This document shows, one piece after another, positions 7,898 through 16,956 of a DNA stretch of 44,613 nt. The notes under the pieces were generated by a model that saw only the letters and a list, made by a program, of their open reading frames with translations, was not told where the DNA came from and did no database searches. The position numbers and the translations under genes were made by a program. The stretch comes from Candidatus Eiseniibacteriota bacterium (GTDB taxonomy: Bacteria; Eisenbacteria; RBG-16-71-46). The DNA lies in assembly GCA_031366795.1 (NCBI GenBank), contig JANLOX010000010.1:1-44613 (forward strand). The letters run 5' to 3'. Position 1 is the first letter of the stretch. Each line of letters begins with the position of its first letter.

Positions 7898-8319
7898 TGA
7901 GAGTTGAAGCGTTCTTGTGTGATGCCGCGACGGTTCGCGAAGGGCTCCTGAATATTCTCGGAGCCGGAGTCACGAGAATCTGGCGCGAGAGCTTCCCCTC
8001 CATCATGAACGTCGACCTGGCCATCATGATCACGCTGATGCCTGTCGAGGCGAAGGGGCCACATCGCCTGCGCGTCGTGATCCAGAACGAGGATGGGGGA
8101 TCTCTCGCCGAATTGGATGGCGAGTTCGGTGTTGGCGCGTTGCCCGTCCACGCACTCAAGCCCGGCGAACCGCTCGCAACGCCGATGGTCTTGAACCTGC
8201 GGCAGATTCCGATCCTGAAGGAAGGGGTCTACAGCGTAGAGCTGCTGATCGATTCGCAGCTCGCCAAGTCGTTGCCCTTCGTGGCCGCGCTACCGATGAA
8301 TCAAGCGACTCCGGCTTAG
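7897..8319 (+). CDS. all-beta hypothetical protein (DUF6941-like, from recall)
   Basis: LCDAA..GLLNILGAG..FP..EDG..PGEP..GVYSVELLID. TGATG overlap with the hicB stop. Confidence 0.7.
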   Translation: MRVEAFLCDAATVREGLLNILGAGVTRIWRESFPSIMNVDLAIMITLMPVEAKGPHRLRVVIQNEDGGSLAELDGEFGVGALPVHALKPGEPLATPMVLNLRQIPILKEGVYSVELLIDSQLAKSLPFVAALPMNQATPA

Positions 8320-8371
8320 CTGCACGCGGACCTGCCGATTGCCAGCGGGAGCCATCACGCCCGCCCCCACG

Positions 8372-9760
8372 CTACGCCGCCTTGCGCTCCTCGATCCTGA
8401 AACCCGAGTCGAGCGAATCGATCAGCGCGTCGAGGCATTCCGGCAGCAGCCCGGTGCCACGGTCCTTCTCCATCAGCTTGAGCGCGATCTCGTCCGTGAG
8501 CGCGGGACGGTACGGACGCGCGGTCGTCAGCGCGTCGTAGATGTCGGCGGTGGCGATGACCTGTGAGGCAAGCGGAATGCTCTCGCCACTCAAGCCATGG
8601 AAGTAACCGCGGCCATCGAGGCGCTCGTGATGCAGCGCCGCCACAATCGCCAGGCGCTCGAATCCCCGAATGTGCTCAAGGATGCGCTGCGTGTAGTAGG
8701 GGTGCAGCCGCACGATGTCCCACTCCTCGGCGTCCAGAGGGCCGGGCTTATCGAGGATCGAGTTCGGCACCGACAGCTTGCCGATGTCGTGCAGCAACGC
8801 GGCGCGGTTCAGCTCGTTGCGCTCTTCGGGGCTGAATCCTAAGCGGTCGCCGATCGCCAGCGCGTACTCGCACACGCGCGATGAGTGCTGCGCGGTGTAG
8901 GGCGACTTGGCGTCGACGACATCGGCGAAACCCGCGGCGATGCAGTCGAGCGTTCCGGGCCCTGCGAGCAGTGCCGCGTCGCCGGGTTCGTTCTCACGCA
9001 CCTCACGGCGCAGGGAGGCTTCGTCGAGCGCGCACCAGCGCGTGAGATCGGTCTCGATGTGCACGGCGGCATCCACGAGCTGCGGGTCCAACCGGCGCCC
9101 GCGATGCTGGCGCGCGGCGGCGCCGGCTTGATGCGGGCCGTTCACGGTGGCGTGCACTTCAATGAATTGCGCGACGGCGATCACGCGCGACAGCAGCGGG
9201 ATCCCGGAGCCTTCGAGGCCCTGTGGTCTTCCGGTGCCGTCCCAGCGTTCGTCCACGGCGCCCACGGCGCGCGCGACACCGTCCTTGAATCCGAGGCGGC
9301 GCACGATCTCCTCGCCGCGGCGCGAGCGCGCTTCGACGAGTGCCCCGGCGAGCTTGGAGCCGTCGCGCACAAGATGAATTGCGCGGCGCAGGCGATCGGG
9401 CCAGGCCTGGTCGGGCGCGGAATAGGCGAAGTGGAAACGCACGGCCTTGAGCCAGCCGCTCCAGTCCTGCCGTAGCAGGCGGCGCTGCGCGATGCGGTCG
9501 TCGCCGCCGAACAGTTCGAACACTCGCGCGGACGTACTCGAGCAGCCGACGTCCTTGAGCATCAGCGCGTAGTAGAGGTCGCGACGGTCCTGCAGCGACA
9601 GCCCCAGCTTGTCAGCGAGGTCCATGCCGATGAGCGTGGTGCGCAGCGAATGGCCCGCGGGCTGGCCGTCGGCGAGATCGAGCGCGAACGACAGCGCGGC
9701 GAGCACGTCGGAGACGCGGATACCTTCGGTGGGGGTGTCTGGCAGGATGAAGAGTCGCAC
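8372..9760 (-). CDS. dual-HD-domain HD-GYP phosphohydrolase (cyclic-dinucleotide phosphodiesterase family)
   Basis: Degenerate N-terminal HD domain (LKDVG, DERWDG.G.P) and intact C-terminal LHDIGK..HHERLDGRGY..DIYDAL..RPYR. Start uncertain. Confidence 0.9.
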   Translation of the reverse strand: MRLFILPDTPTEGIRVSDVLAALSFALDLADGQPAGHSLRTTLIGMDLADKLGLSLQDRRDLYYALMLKDVGCSSTSARVFELFGGDDRIAQRRLLRQDWSGWLKAVRFHFAYSAPDQAWPDRLRRAIHLVRDGSKLAGALVEARSRRGEEIVRRLGFKDGVARAVGAVDERWDGTGRPQGLEGSGIPLLSRVIAVAQFIEVHATVNGPHQAGAAARQHRGRRLDPQLVDAAVHIETDLTRWCALDEASLRREVRENEPGDAALLAGPGTLDCIAAGFADVVDAKSPYTAQHSSRVCEYALAIGDRLGFSPEERNELNRAALLHDIGKLSVPNSILDKPGPLDAEEWDIVRLHPYYTQRILEHIRGFERLAIVAALHHERLDGRGYFHGLSGESIPLASQVIATADIYDALTTARPYRPALTDEIALKLMEKDRGTGLLPECLDALIDSLDSGFRIEERKAA

Positions 9761-10069
9761 CCGGGGAATATCGGCGCGGCTCGAGCGCAATTGAAGCATT
9801 GAAGGCTGGGTTATCGCAAAACGCGCAATTTGCAGCGCGGCAAGCGGCTGGCGGGTTGCGGTGCGCCCACCGGGGGGCTCGTATCGGGGCAATTGACCCC
9901 GAAAGTCCACGCGCCTGCGCGTCCCGCGGGACGCTGCCCCCTATGCCCGCCCCCTATGCCGTCCTAGCGACGCGGTAGCCCAACCCAGTACACTTTCACG
10001 AGCGTTCAACCCCCTTGCTGAACACGTCGAGGCCGGGGCCTTATGCCCGGCGGCTCCCAAGGACTTCCG

Positions 10070-12082
10070 ATGACTGCGTCGCGACCCGCGAATAACCTGT
10101 TTCACGCCCCTGTCCCGCGACGCGGAATGTTCGTCGCCCTCGCGATGTTTGCATTCGCATCGCTCACGACGACGCCGGCTCACGCGCTGCGTGTCGCGAC
10201 CTACAACGTGCTCAAATACCCGGACGTGGCCATACCCGCGCGCCAGCCGTACCTGCGCACGGTCATGGCGGCGCTCGATCCGGACGTGATCTTCTGCCAG
10301 GAGCTGAACACCAACGCCGGCAAGGATTCGTTCCTCGTCAACGTGCTGGGCGTGAACCAGCCCGGGCAATGGGCGGGACAGTGGATCGACGTCAATAGCG
10401 GCGAGGGCATGGGCGTATTCTGGAAGACCGCCAAGGCGACCATCTTCAACATCGGCGCCATCACCGACCCCAACGGCCCGCGCAAGGTCATGCTGTGCGG
10501 CATTCGCATTCCGGGCTATCCCAACGCCACGTTCTTTCGCGCCTACTCGATGCACTTGAAGGCCGGCGACGGCGGTCTGACCCCACAGGATTCCATCACG
10601 CGGCGGCTCGAGTGCACCGACCTGCGCGGCCAACTCAACAACCTCGCCGCGAATTCGCCGTTCATCCTCGTCGGCGACTCGAATTTCTACGGCGCCTACG
10701 AGGGTGGTTACAACCGCCTCACCGAGAGCCAGGCCGACAACGACGGCCGCCTCGTGGATCCCCTCGGCATGACCGGCACGTGGCATCTCAACTCCTCGTA
10801 TCGCCAGTTCGACACTCAGTGTCCCTGCAGCGGCGGGTGCTTCGATCCCGCGTTCTCGGGCGGCGGCATGGATGATCGTTTCGACATCGAACTCGCCTCT
10901 CCCGCGATGCTGGACGGCGCCGGCTTCGACGTCGTGCCGGGCAGCACGGTGGCGTTCGGCAATGACGGGCTGCACTTCGACACGGATATCAATGGCGACG
11001 GCTTCAACAACGCCGTTGGCTACACGGTGGCGACGGCCATTCGCAACAGCTCGGACCACATCCCGGTCTACTTCGACATCCAGGTACCGGCGAAGGTGCT
11101 GGCCGGATCGAGCGTCGATTTCGGGCGCGTGATCGCCGGTGGCGTCGCCACGCAGAACCTCGCCGTCGCTGATGCCGCGCTACCGCCGGCCGACGAGCTC
11201 AACTACTCGCTCACGCCGCCGGCGGGATTCACGGCGCCGGCGGGCAGCTTCACGGCCAACGCGTCTGCCGCCGCCAATCTCCACGCTCTTGGGCTGGACA
11301 CTTCGACGCCAGGATTCAAGAGCGGCGCGCTGACGGTGACCTCCAACGCCGCCGACACGGCGAGCAAGTCTGTGCTGCTGAGCGGGAAAGTGCTGCGCCA
11401 CGCAGCCGCCTCGCTCGACTCGGTAGCAGACGTCACTACGAGCGCGATCGACTTCGGCGGCAACGCCATCCTGCACTTCGATGATATGGGCGTGCGCGCT
11501 CACAATCGCGGCTTCGATGCGCTGCAGGCCCAACTCGCGCTCAACACCGCCACCATCACCGGCGGCAATGGCCGCTTCTCGATCGTCGGCGGCTTCTCGC
11601 CGCTGCAGATCGCGGGCACGGGTACCCAGCTCACACTGCACTTCGACAGCTACGGTGCCACGCTCGATTCGACCTACGACGCGGTGCTGACGATTGCCGG
11701 CGCCGACGAGCCGCTGCCCGGCGCCACGGCGGCCGCGAGCCTCACGGTCAACCTGTCGGCCACGCCGGTTTCGGGCGTCCTCGGCATCGGGCCGCCCGCC
11801 CGAATGGCGCTCCGCTTCGAGCCCGCGCGCCCGAACCCGCTGTCGCACGGGACCACGTTCGCGTTCGAGTTGCCGCGCGCGCAGGCGGCCTCGCTGGAGA
11901 TTTACGACTTGAGCGGACGCCGTGTCGCCGCGCTGGCCTCGGGCGAACAGCACGCCGGCCGGCACGAACTGTCGTGGCGCGCCGTGGATTCCCAGGGCGC
12001 CCGCGTCCCAGGCGGCCTGTACTTCGCGCGCTTCGCGACGCCGGGACTGAGCAGCTTCGAACGCGTTGTCGTCCTCCCGTAG
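10070..12082 (+). CDS. secreted endonuclease/exonuclease/phosphatase with Ig-like domains and FlgD-Ig/T9SS-like C-terminal domain
   Basis: Signal peptide (..PAHA), ATYN, CQE, HLKA, GDSN, SDHIPV, and CTD PNP..IYDLSGRRV..W..DSQG..GLYF. AAGGA RBS. Confidence 0.85.
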   Translation: MTASRPANNLFHAPVPRRGMFVALAMFAFASLTTTPAHALRVATYNVLKYPDVAIPARQPYLRTVMAALDPDVIFCQELNTNAGKDSFLVNVLGVNQPGQWAGQWIDVNSGEGMGVFWKTAKATIFNIGAITDPNGPRKVMLCGIRIPGYPNATFFRAYSMHLKAGDGGLTPQDSITRRLECTDLRGQLNNLAANSPFILVGDSNFYGAYEGGYNRLTESQADNDGRLVDPLGMTGTWHLNSSYRQFDTQCPCSGGCFDPAFSGGGMDDRFDIELASPAMLDGAGFDVVPGSTVAFGNDGLHFDTDINGDGFNNAVGYTVATAIRNSSDHIPVYFDIQVPAKVLAGSSVDFGRVIAGGVATQNLAVADAALPPADELNYSLTPPAGFTAPAGSFTANASAAANLHALGLDTSTPGFKSGALTVTSNAADTASKSVLLSGKVLRHAAASLDSVADVTTSAIDFGGNAILHFDDMGVRAHNRGFDALQAQLALNTATITGGNGRFSIVGGFSPLQIAGTGTQLTLHFDSYGATLDSTYDAVLTIAGADEPLPGATAAASLTVNLSATPVSGVLGIGPPARMALRFEPARPNPLSHGTTFAFELPRAQAASLEIYDLSGRRVAALASGEQHAGRHELSWRAVDSQGARVPGGLYFARFATPGLSSFERVVVLP

Positions 12083-12180
12083 ACAAGCCTGACGAGCGCA
12101 GCGGGCGGTCCTCCCAGCGCCCGTCAGTTCTTGCCACTTCCGAACACACGGCCGGCGGCATTCGCCCTAGTCTCTTTCAC

Positions 12181-12783
12181 ATGCGAACTTTGTTGCGCCT
12201 TTCCATCTTTTTGGCCGCCGTCGCGATTGCCGGATGTGGCGGCAGCTCCGCGCCCGGGCCAGCATCGTCGGGCAGCACCACGGGTGCGGCCGAAACTCCC
12301 GCCGCATCCTCAGCCGCATCCGATTCAGCTGGCGCGCTCATGCCGATCAACGCCTCCGCGATTCTCGCGCGCGTCGCGGATGGCCGCGCGAAGGTGACGA
12401 TCGTCAATGTGTGGGCGACGTGGTGCCTGCCGTGCCGCGAAGAATTTCCCGAACTGCTCGAAGCCGCGCGCGCACACCGGGCTGAGGGCGTGCGGCTGAT
12501 GCTGGTCTCGACGGACTTCGACGAGCAAGTGCCGCAGGTTCACAGCTTCCTCGGCTCGCATGGCGTGCGCGACACGACGTACATCAAACGCGACGGCGAC
12601 CAAGCGTTTATCGATACCCTCAACCCCAAATGGACGGGGACGATTCCCGTCACTTTGGTTTACGACGCTACCGGAAAGCGGGTAGCGTTCTGGGAAGGCC
12701 GTGCAGACCGTGCACGCTTCGACGCCGCGATCCAGCAGGCGCTCGCAGCTCCCCCCGCCGCAACGAAGGAGACGCATTCATGA
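12181..12783 (+). CDS. TlpA/ResA-family thiol-disulfide oxidoreductase, lipoprotein
   Basis: Lipobox IAGC and NVWATWCLPCREEFP. Confidence 0.9.
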   Translation: MRTLLRLSIFLAAVAIAGCGGSSAPGPASSGSTTGAAETPAASSAASDSAGALMPINASAILARVADGRAKVTIVNVWATWCLPCREEFPELLEAARAHRAEGVRLMLVSTDFDEQVPQVHSFLGSHGVRDTTYIKRDGDQAFIDTLNPKWTGTIPVTLVYDATGKRVAFWEGRADRARFDAAIQQALAAPPAATKETHS

Positions 12784-13433
12784 TTCGCATCCGTTGGGTC
12801 GCGATGTTCACACTGGTGGCGGTATTGGGGATTGCGGCGGCCGGAACCGGCGTGGCGCGCGCCGAAGATGAAGACGGGCCGCAGGCGCTGGCGTTGGGCG
12901 CAGCCATCCCGATGAAGACCACGAGCCTCAAGAACGTCGATGGCAAGAACATCACGCTCGCGAGCGCCGCCGGCAAGAAGGGCACGCTGGTATTCTTCAT
13001 CTGCAATCACTGCCCGTGGGTCAAGGCATGGCAGACCCGCATCGCCTCGATCGGCAATGCGGCGCGTTCCAATGGGGTCGGCGTCGTGGCGGTCAACTCC
13101 AACGACCCCGCAGCATACCCCGAAGACTCCTACGACAGCATGAAGAAACGCGCGAAGGAGATCGGCTACAAATTCAACTACGTCGTCGACGCCACGTCCG
13201 ACCTGTCGCGCGCCTTCGGCGCCTCGCACACGCCGGAAGTGTTCCTGTTCGACGCCGCCGGCAAGTTGGTCTATCACGGCGCCATCGATGACAACGCGCA
13301 CGATGAGAGCGCCGTCGAGCATCGCTGGCTGCAGCAGGCGGTCGAGGCCGTGCAGAGCGGCAAGGCCGTCCCGGTCGCCGAAACGAAGGCGTTGGGTTGC
13401 GGCATCAAGGCGCGCGCGAAGAAGACGAGCTAG
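12780..13433 (+). CDS. exported thioredoxin/AhpC-TSA family protein
   Basis: Signal peptide, FICNHCPWV, TPEVFLFD..YHGAIDD, GCGIK. ATGA overlap with the upstream gene. Confidence 0.9.
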   Translation: MIRIRWVAMFTLVAVLGIAAAGTGVARAEDEDGPQALALGAAIPMKTTSLKNVDGKNITLASAAGKKGTLVFFICNHCPWVKAWQTRIASIGNAARSNGVGVVAVNSNDPAAYPEDSYDSMKKRAKEIGYKFNYVVDATSDLSRAFGASHTPEVFLFDAAGKLVYHGAIDDNAHDESAVEHRWLQQAVEAVQSGKAVPVAETKALGCGIKARAKKTS

Positions 13434-13461
13434 CACTCCGCGTCACGGACAGCGAACAACA

Positions 13462-13683
13462 TCAAGGCTCGGGTGGTTCGCCATCCGGGCCTTTGTCTTG
13501 CTCCCCGAGCCGGGGCGCCGCCTCGAACCCCGCGCAGTGGATCATCGGCAGGCGCGGATAGCGCACGTAGCGCGCATCGGTCTCGGCCAGTCCGCAGCGC
13601 CAGTAGACCGACGTGCGGGACACCACGCGGTGCGCATGCACGCAGCGCAGGCACAGACCGACTCGATCCTCGGGCGAGTTCAC
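13462..13683 (-). CDS. small Cys-rich putative metal-binding protein
   Basis: 73 aa, GLCLRCVH..YWRC..D.RY.RYPRLP..C.GF. GTG start inferred. Confidence 0.55.
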   Translation of the reverse strand: MNSPEDRVGLCLRCVHAHRVVSRTSVYWRCGLAETDARYVRYPRLPMIHCAGFEAAPRLGEQDKGPDGEPPEP

Positions 13684-13760
13684 GTCACCAGCATAGCGGG
13701 ATCGCCCCGCATGCCGCGACGAGGCCGCCGATCGGCTAGACTCCTCGTGCGCCGGACGGC

Positions 13761-15908
13761 ATGCATTCGTCCGCGCCCACTTCGACCATGACCAACCCCA
13801 AACCCAAACGAACCCAGGCAGCACGTCCCGCGGCCCTGCCATGGCTCGCGGTGAATGGGACCGTGGCCTGTCCTCCAGCAGAAGCCCGCGGTTGGACGAT
13901 CGTAGCCGGAGTTCTGATCGGGACATTCTTCGCCGCGGTGTGCGTGGTGATCGCGGGCCCCCACAAGATTGGCGATTACTTCACCGAGAGCGATTTCTAC
14001 GGCGCCTACGCGCAGGGCGCCCGGCTGGTGCAGCACGGCCAGCTGATTCCCTCGCGCTACACTGTCGTCGGCCCGGGCTACGAAGTTGCACTCGCGCTGT
14101 TGGGCTTCGTGATCCCCAGCCTGTTCCTCGCGGCGCAACTCTTATCGGCGGTCTCGGCGAGCGCGACCGCATGGCTATGGTTCCTGTTGCTGCGCCGCCG
14201 CGTCGATGCCCGGCTCGCAGCCGTCGCGGTGCTGTTCCTGTGCGTCAACGACGTGCTGTTCCGCTACGCCTTCTCGGCCACCACCGACACCTTCGGTATC
14301 GCCCTGCAGGCCGCGGCCTTGTTCGCGCTGCTGGGCGCGCGCCACGATGCGAACTCGCCGCCGCCAGGTGTGCGACGCTTCGCCTCGGCGGGCCTGCTCG
14401 CGGCGTGTGCCTTCCTCACGCGCACCAACGCCATCGTGCTGTTGCCCGCGGGACTGCTCGCCATTCTGGCGGGCGGCACCGGAACGCGGGAGCGCGGACG
14501 CGCCGGGCTCGGCTTCACGCTGGCGTTCTTGCTGCCCGTCGTACCGTGGATGTTGTTCTCGCTGGCGCATGGCGGCACGCTCGCCACACAGCTCCACCAC
14601 AACATCGCTTACGAAGTGTTCGCGCGCTCGAAGGGCATCGCCTGGGACGACTACCAGAAGACGATGCAGGCGCAGTTCCCCAACCTCGGTGCGGTGATCG
14701 CCCGTGATCCCGGCGCGGTGATGAGCCGCATGCTGTTCAATGCGTTCGATCACCTGCGCAGCGACGCCACGACGCTGCTGGGCTGGCCGCTCGCGATCGC
14801 GGCACTCGCAGGGATAGCGTTCGCATGGCGGAGCGGCTGGCGAGCGGCGCTGTGGCCAGTGCTCGCGGCAGGCGCCTTGATGTTCCTCACACTCGTGCCG
14901 GTGTTCTATTCGGAGCGTTACTCGCTGGCGCTGCTCCCCGTCTACGCCACGCTGGCCGCGGCGGCGTTCGCCTCGCCGCTGCTCGCCATCGCCATCGGCG
15001 GCTCGCCGCGGCTGTGGCTCAAGGCGCCGGTCGCAGTGGTGCTCGCCGTGCTCGCCATCACCACCGGCATTCCGAGACTCGCTCGCACCTTCGATCAATT
15101 GCCGCGCGAGGTGCTTGATGCGGGTGCCGTCCTGCGTTCGCTGCGCGCGCCGGGCGACGGTGTGATCTCGCGCAAAGGCCACATTGCCTACTACGGCGAC
15201 TGCGCCCCGGTGCCGTTCCCGTTCGCCGACAGCCTCGCTTCGCTCGCGCGCTATGCCCGTGAGAACCACGCGCGCTGGCTGTACATGTCCTTCCCTGAGG
15301 CCGAGACGCGGCCGGCGTTCTGGTACCTGCTCGACACTTCCGCGGTGGTGCCCGGGCTCACGGCGCGGTTCTCCTCACCGCGACGGCCGGCAGTGGTCTA
15401 CGAGATCGGCGAAGGCTTCGGCCGCGAGCCGGCGTGGTTCAGCAACGACACGCTCTTTACGTGGCACATGTTGCGCGCGCGCAGCCATGTCGATACCGAG
15501 AACACAAACGTATTCGCGCAACTGGGCAGCGTGTCGTGGTTGCTCGGGCGGCTGCCCGAGGCGCGCGAGGCACTCAACACAGCGATCACCCTCGACCCCA
15601 ACACGCGCGAGCCCTACGTGACACTCGGCCGCACGGAGGTGGCCTTGGGAAACTATGACGGCGCGCGCAGCGCGTATGGCCATGCCATCACCATGGACCC
15701 ACGCGACCCGGACGCCCGCGTCGGCTATGGGCTCGCATCGTTCCTGGCGGGCCACGATCGCGATGCCGCCGCGGCCTGGAAACCGGTCATCCCGATCACC
15801 GTCGAACCGCGTATCCTGCGGGCCATGGCGCAACTGTTCGATTCCTTGGGCGATGTGCCCGCGAGCCGGCAGGCCCGCGAGCGGCTGGCCGGCGTGCGGG
15901 GGAAGTGA
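13761..15908 (+). CDS. GT-C (ArnT/PMT-like) membrane glycosyltransferase with C-terminal TPRs
   Basis: Acidic ESD loop after TM1, many TM helices, FLTRTN, ERYSL, C-terminal TPR-like repeats (AI.LDP). Start may be 13788. Confidence 0.75.
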   Translation: MHSSAPTSTMTNPKPKRTQAARPAALPWLAVNGTVACPPAEARGWTIVAGVLIGTFFAAVCVVIAGPHKIGDYFTESDFYGAYAQGARLVQHGQLIPSRYTVVGPGYEVALALLGFVIPSLFLAAQLLSAVSASATAWLWFLLLRRRVDARLAAVAVLFLCVNDVLFRYAFSATTDTFGIALQAAALFALLGARHDANSPPPGVRRFASAGLLAACAFLTRTNAIVLLPAGLLAILAGGTGTRERGRAGLGFTLAFLLPVVPWMLFSLAHGGTLATQLHHNIAYEVFARSKGIAWDDYQKTMQAQFPNLGAVIARDPGAVMSRMLFNAFDHLRSDATTLLGWPLAIAALAGIAFAWRSGWRAALWPVLAAGALMFLTLVPVFYSERYSLALLPVYATLAAAAFASPLLAIAIGGSPRLWLKAPVAVVLAVLAITTGIPRLARTFDQLPREVLDAGAVLRSLRAPGDGVISRKGHIAYYGDCAPVPFPFADSLASLARYARENHARWLYMSFPEAETRPAFWYLLDTSAVVPGLTARFSSPRRPAVVYEIGEGFGREPAWFSNDTLFTWHMLRARSHVDTENTNVFAQLGSVSWLLGRLPEAREALNTAITLDPNTREPYVTLGRTEVALGNYDGARSAYGHAITMDPRDPDARVGYGLASFLAGHDRDAAAAWKPVIPITVEPRILRAMAQLFDSLGDVPASRQARERLAGVRGK

Positions 15909-16798
15909 TCATGCGAATGCTTCGCGCGGTAGCGCGCGTGCTCGGTTTTGTGACCGCGCCCACCATCATCTTGTTGGCGGTGAGCAACTGTGCTCACGCG
16001 CCGCTCAGCGAGACGGGCGACCTGGCGTGGCAGCAACCGCCGGCATCGAACACCACGACAGTCGGCCTGTGGCGCTTCGACGAAACGACGGGCCTCGAGT
16101 TCGCCGATTCAGGTCCGGCCGGGCGCGACGGCATTCTCGGCATCGACACACGCCCGGAGTTCGGGCGCTTCCACAACGCGCGGTCGTTCACGCCTTCGCT
16201 CAACTCGTTCGCGATGGTCCCCGCCGCGCGCGCGCCGCAACTCGGTGACTCGTGGACGATCGAGGCGTGGATCCGGCCCACGGCGTACGGACCCGTGGAG
16301 TGCACCACGATCGCCGGCGAGTGGACGTCGCTGCCGGATGAGCAAAGCTGGATGCTCGGGCTCACCGGCTTTGATCGCACCGTGATCCCCGAAGCACCCC
16401 CTCGTCCCGATTGGTTCACCGCCGCCATTCACCGCGGCGGCGTCGGGTTGCTCGTGTTCGTGATCCAGCCGCGGGAGGCGAGCGACGTGCTGGCGTTCGA
16501 ATCCACGCAGACGATCGAACTCAACCGCTGGACACACATCGCCATCACGCAGGACCACCAGGAACTGCGCATGCTGATCGACGGACGGCTCGACGCCCAG
16601 TACGCGACCGGCGCGCGCGTGCGCTCGACCGCCACGCCATTGTCGATCGGCAACCTGATCGACGCACGCTGGCTCACCTCGTCGCAGGGAGCGCCGCGCG
16701 TGCCGAGCGACTCGCAGGAGTTCCCGTTCTACGCTTTCGAGGGCGTGATCGACGAATTTCGCATTTCGGACATGGCGCTTTCGACCGGGGCGCGCTGA
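15905..16798 (+). CDS. LamG/concanavalin-like domain lipoprotein
   Basis: Lipobox-like VSNC, GLWRFDE, WTIEAWIRP, WTHIA, FEGVIDEFRIS. Confidence 0.85.
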   Translation: MIMRMLRAVARVLGFVTAPTIILLAVSNCAHAPLSETGDLAWQQPPASNTTTVGLWRFDETTGLEFADSGPAGRDGILGIDTRPEFGRFHNARSFTPSLNSFAMVPAARAPQLGDSWTIEAWIRPTAYGPVECTTIAGEWTSLPDEQSWMLGLTGFDRTVIPEAPPRPDWFTAAIHRGGVGLLVFVIQPREASDVLAFESTQTIELNRWTHIAITQDHQELRMLIDGRLDAQYATGARVRSTATPLSIGNLIDARWLTSSQGAPRVPSDSQEFPFYAFEGVIDEFRISDMALSTGAR

Positions 16799-16956
16799 GC
16801 ACCGCGGGGTAAACGGCCCGCAAGTGATGCGCGCCCGTTGCCGCACCTCGAACAGCCCCACGTGACGTGAGCGGACCGCCGCGCCACGAGCGGCCCGCGG
16901 ATTGCGATGTGCGCGAGTGGATGCCACGCCACCGCTCGCCCCCGCTGGAATGCTCC

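Noticed and set aside
6270..8371. prophage, IS or integrative element bounded by att sites
   Set aside because: No integrase or transposase. The repeats are 84-87% identical and nested in a way that does not give a simple attL/attR pair.
9770..9935. c-di-GMP riboswitch upstream of the HD-GYP gene (GCAAA/GAAA elements)
   Set aside because: The elements are on the wrong strand and do not form the GEMM P1/P2 arrangement. An Rfam scan would settle it.
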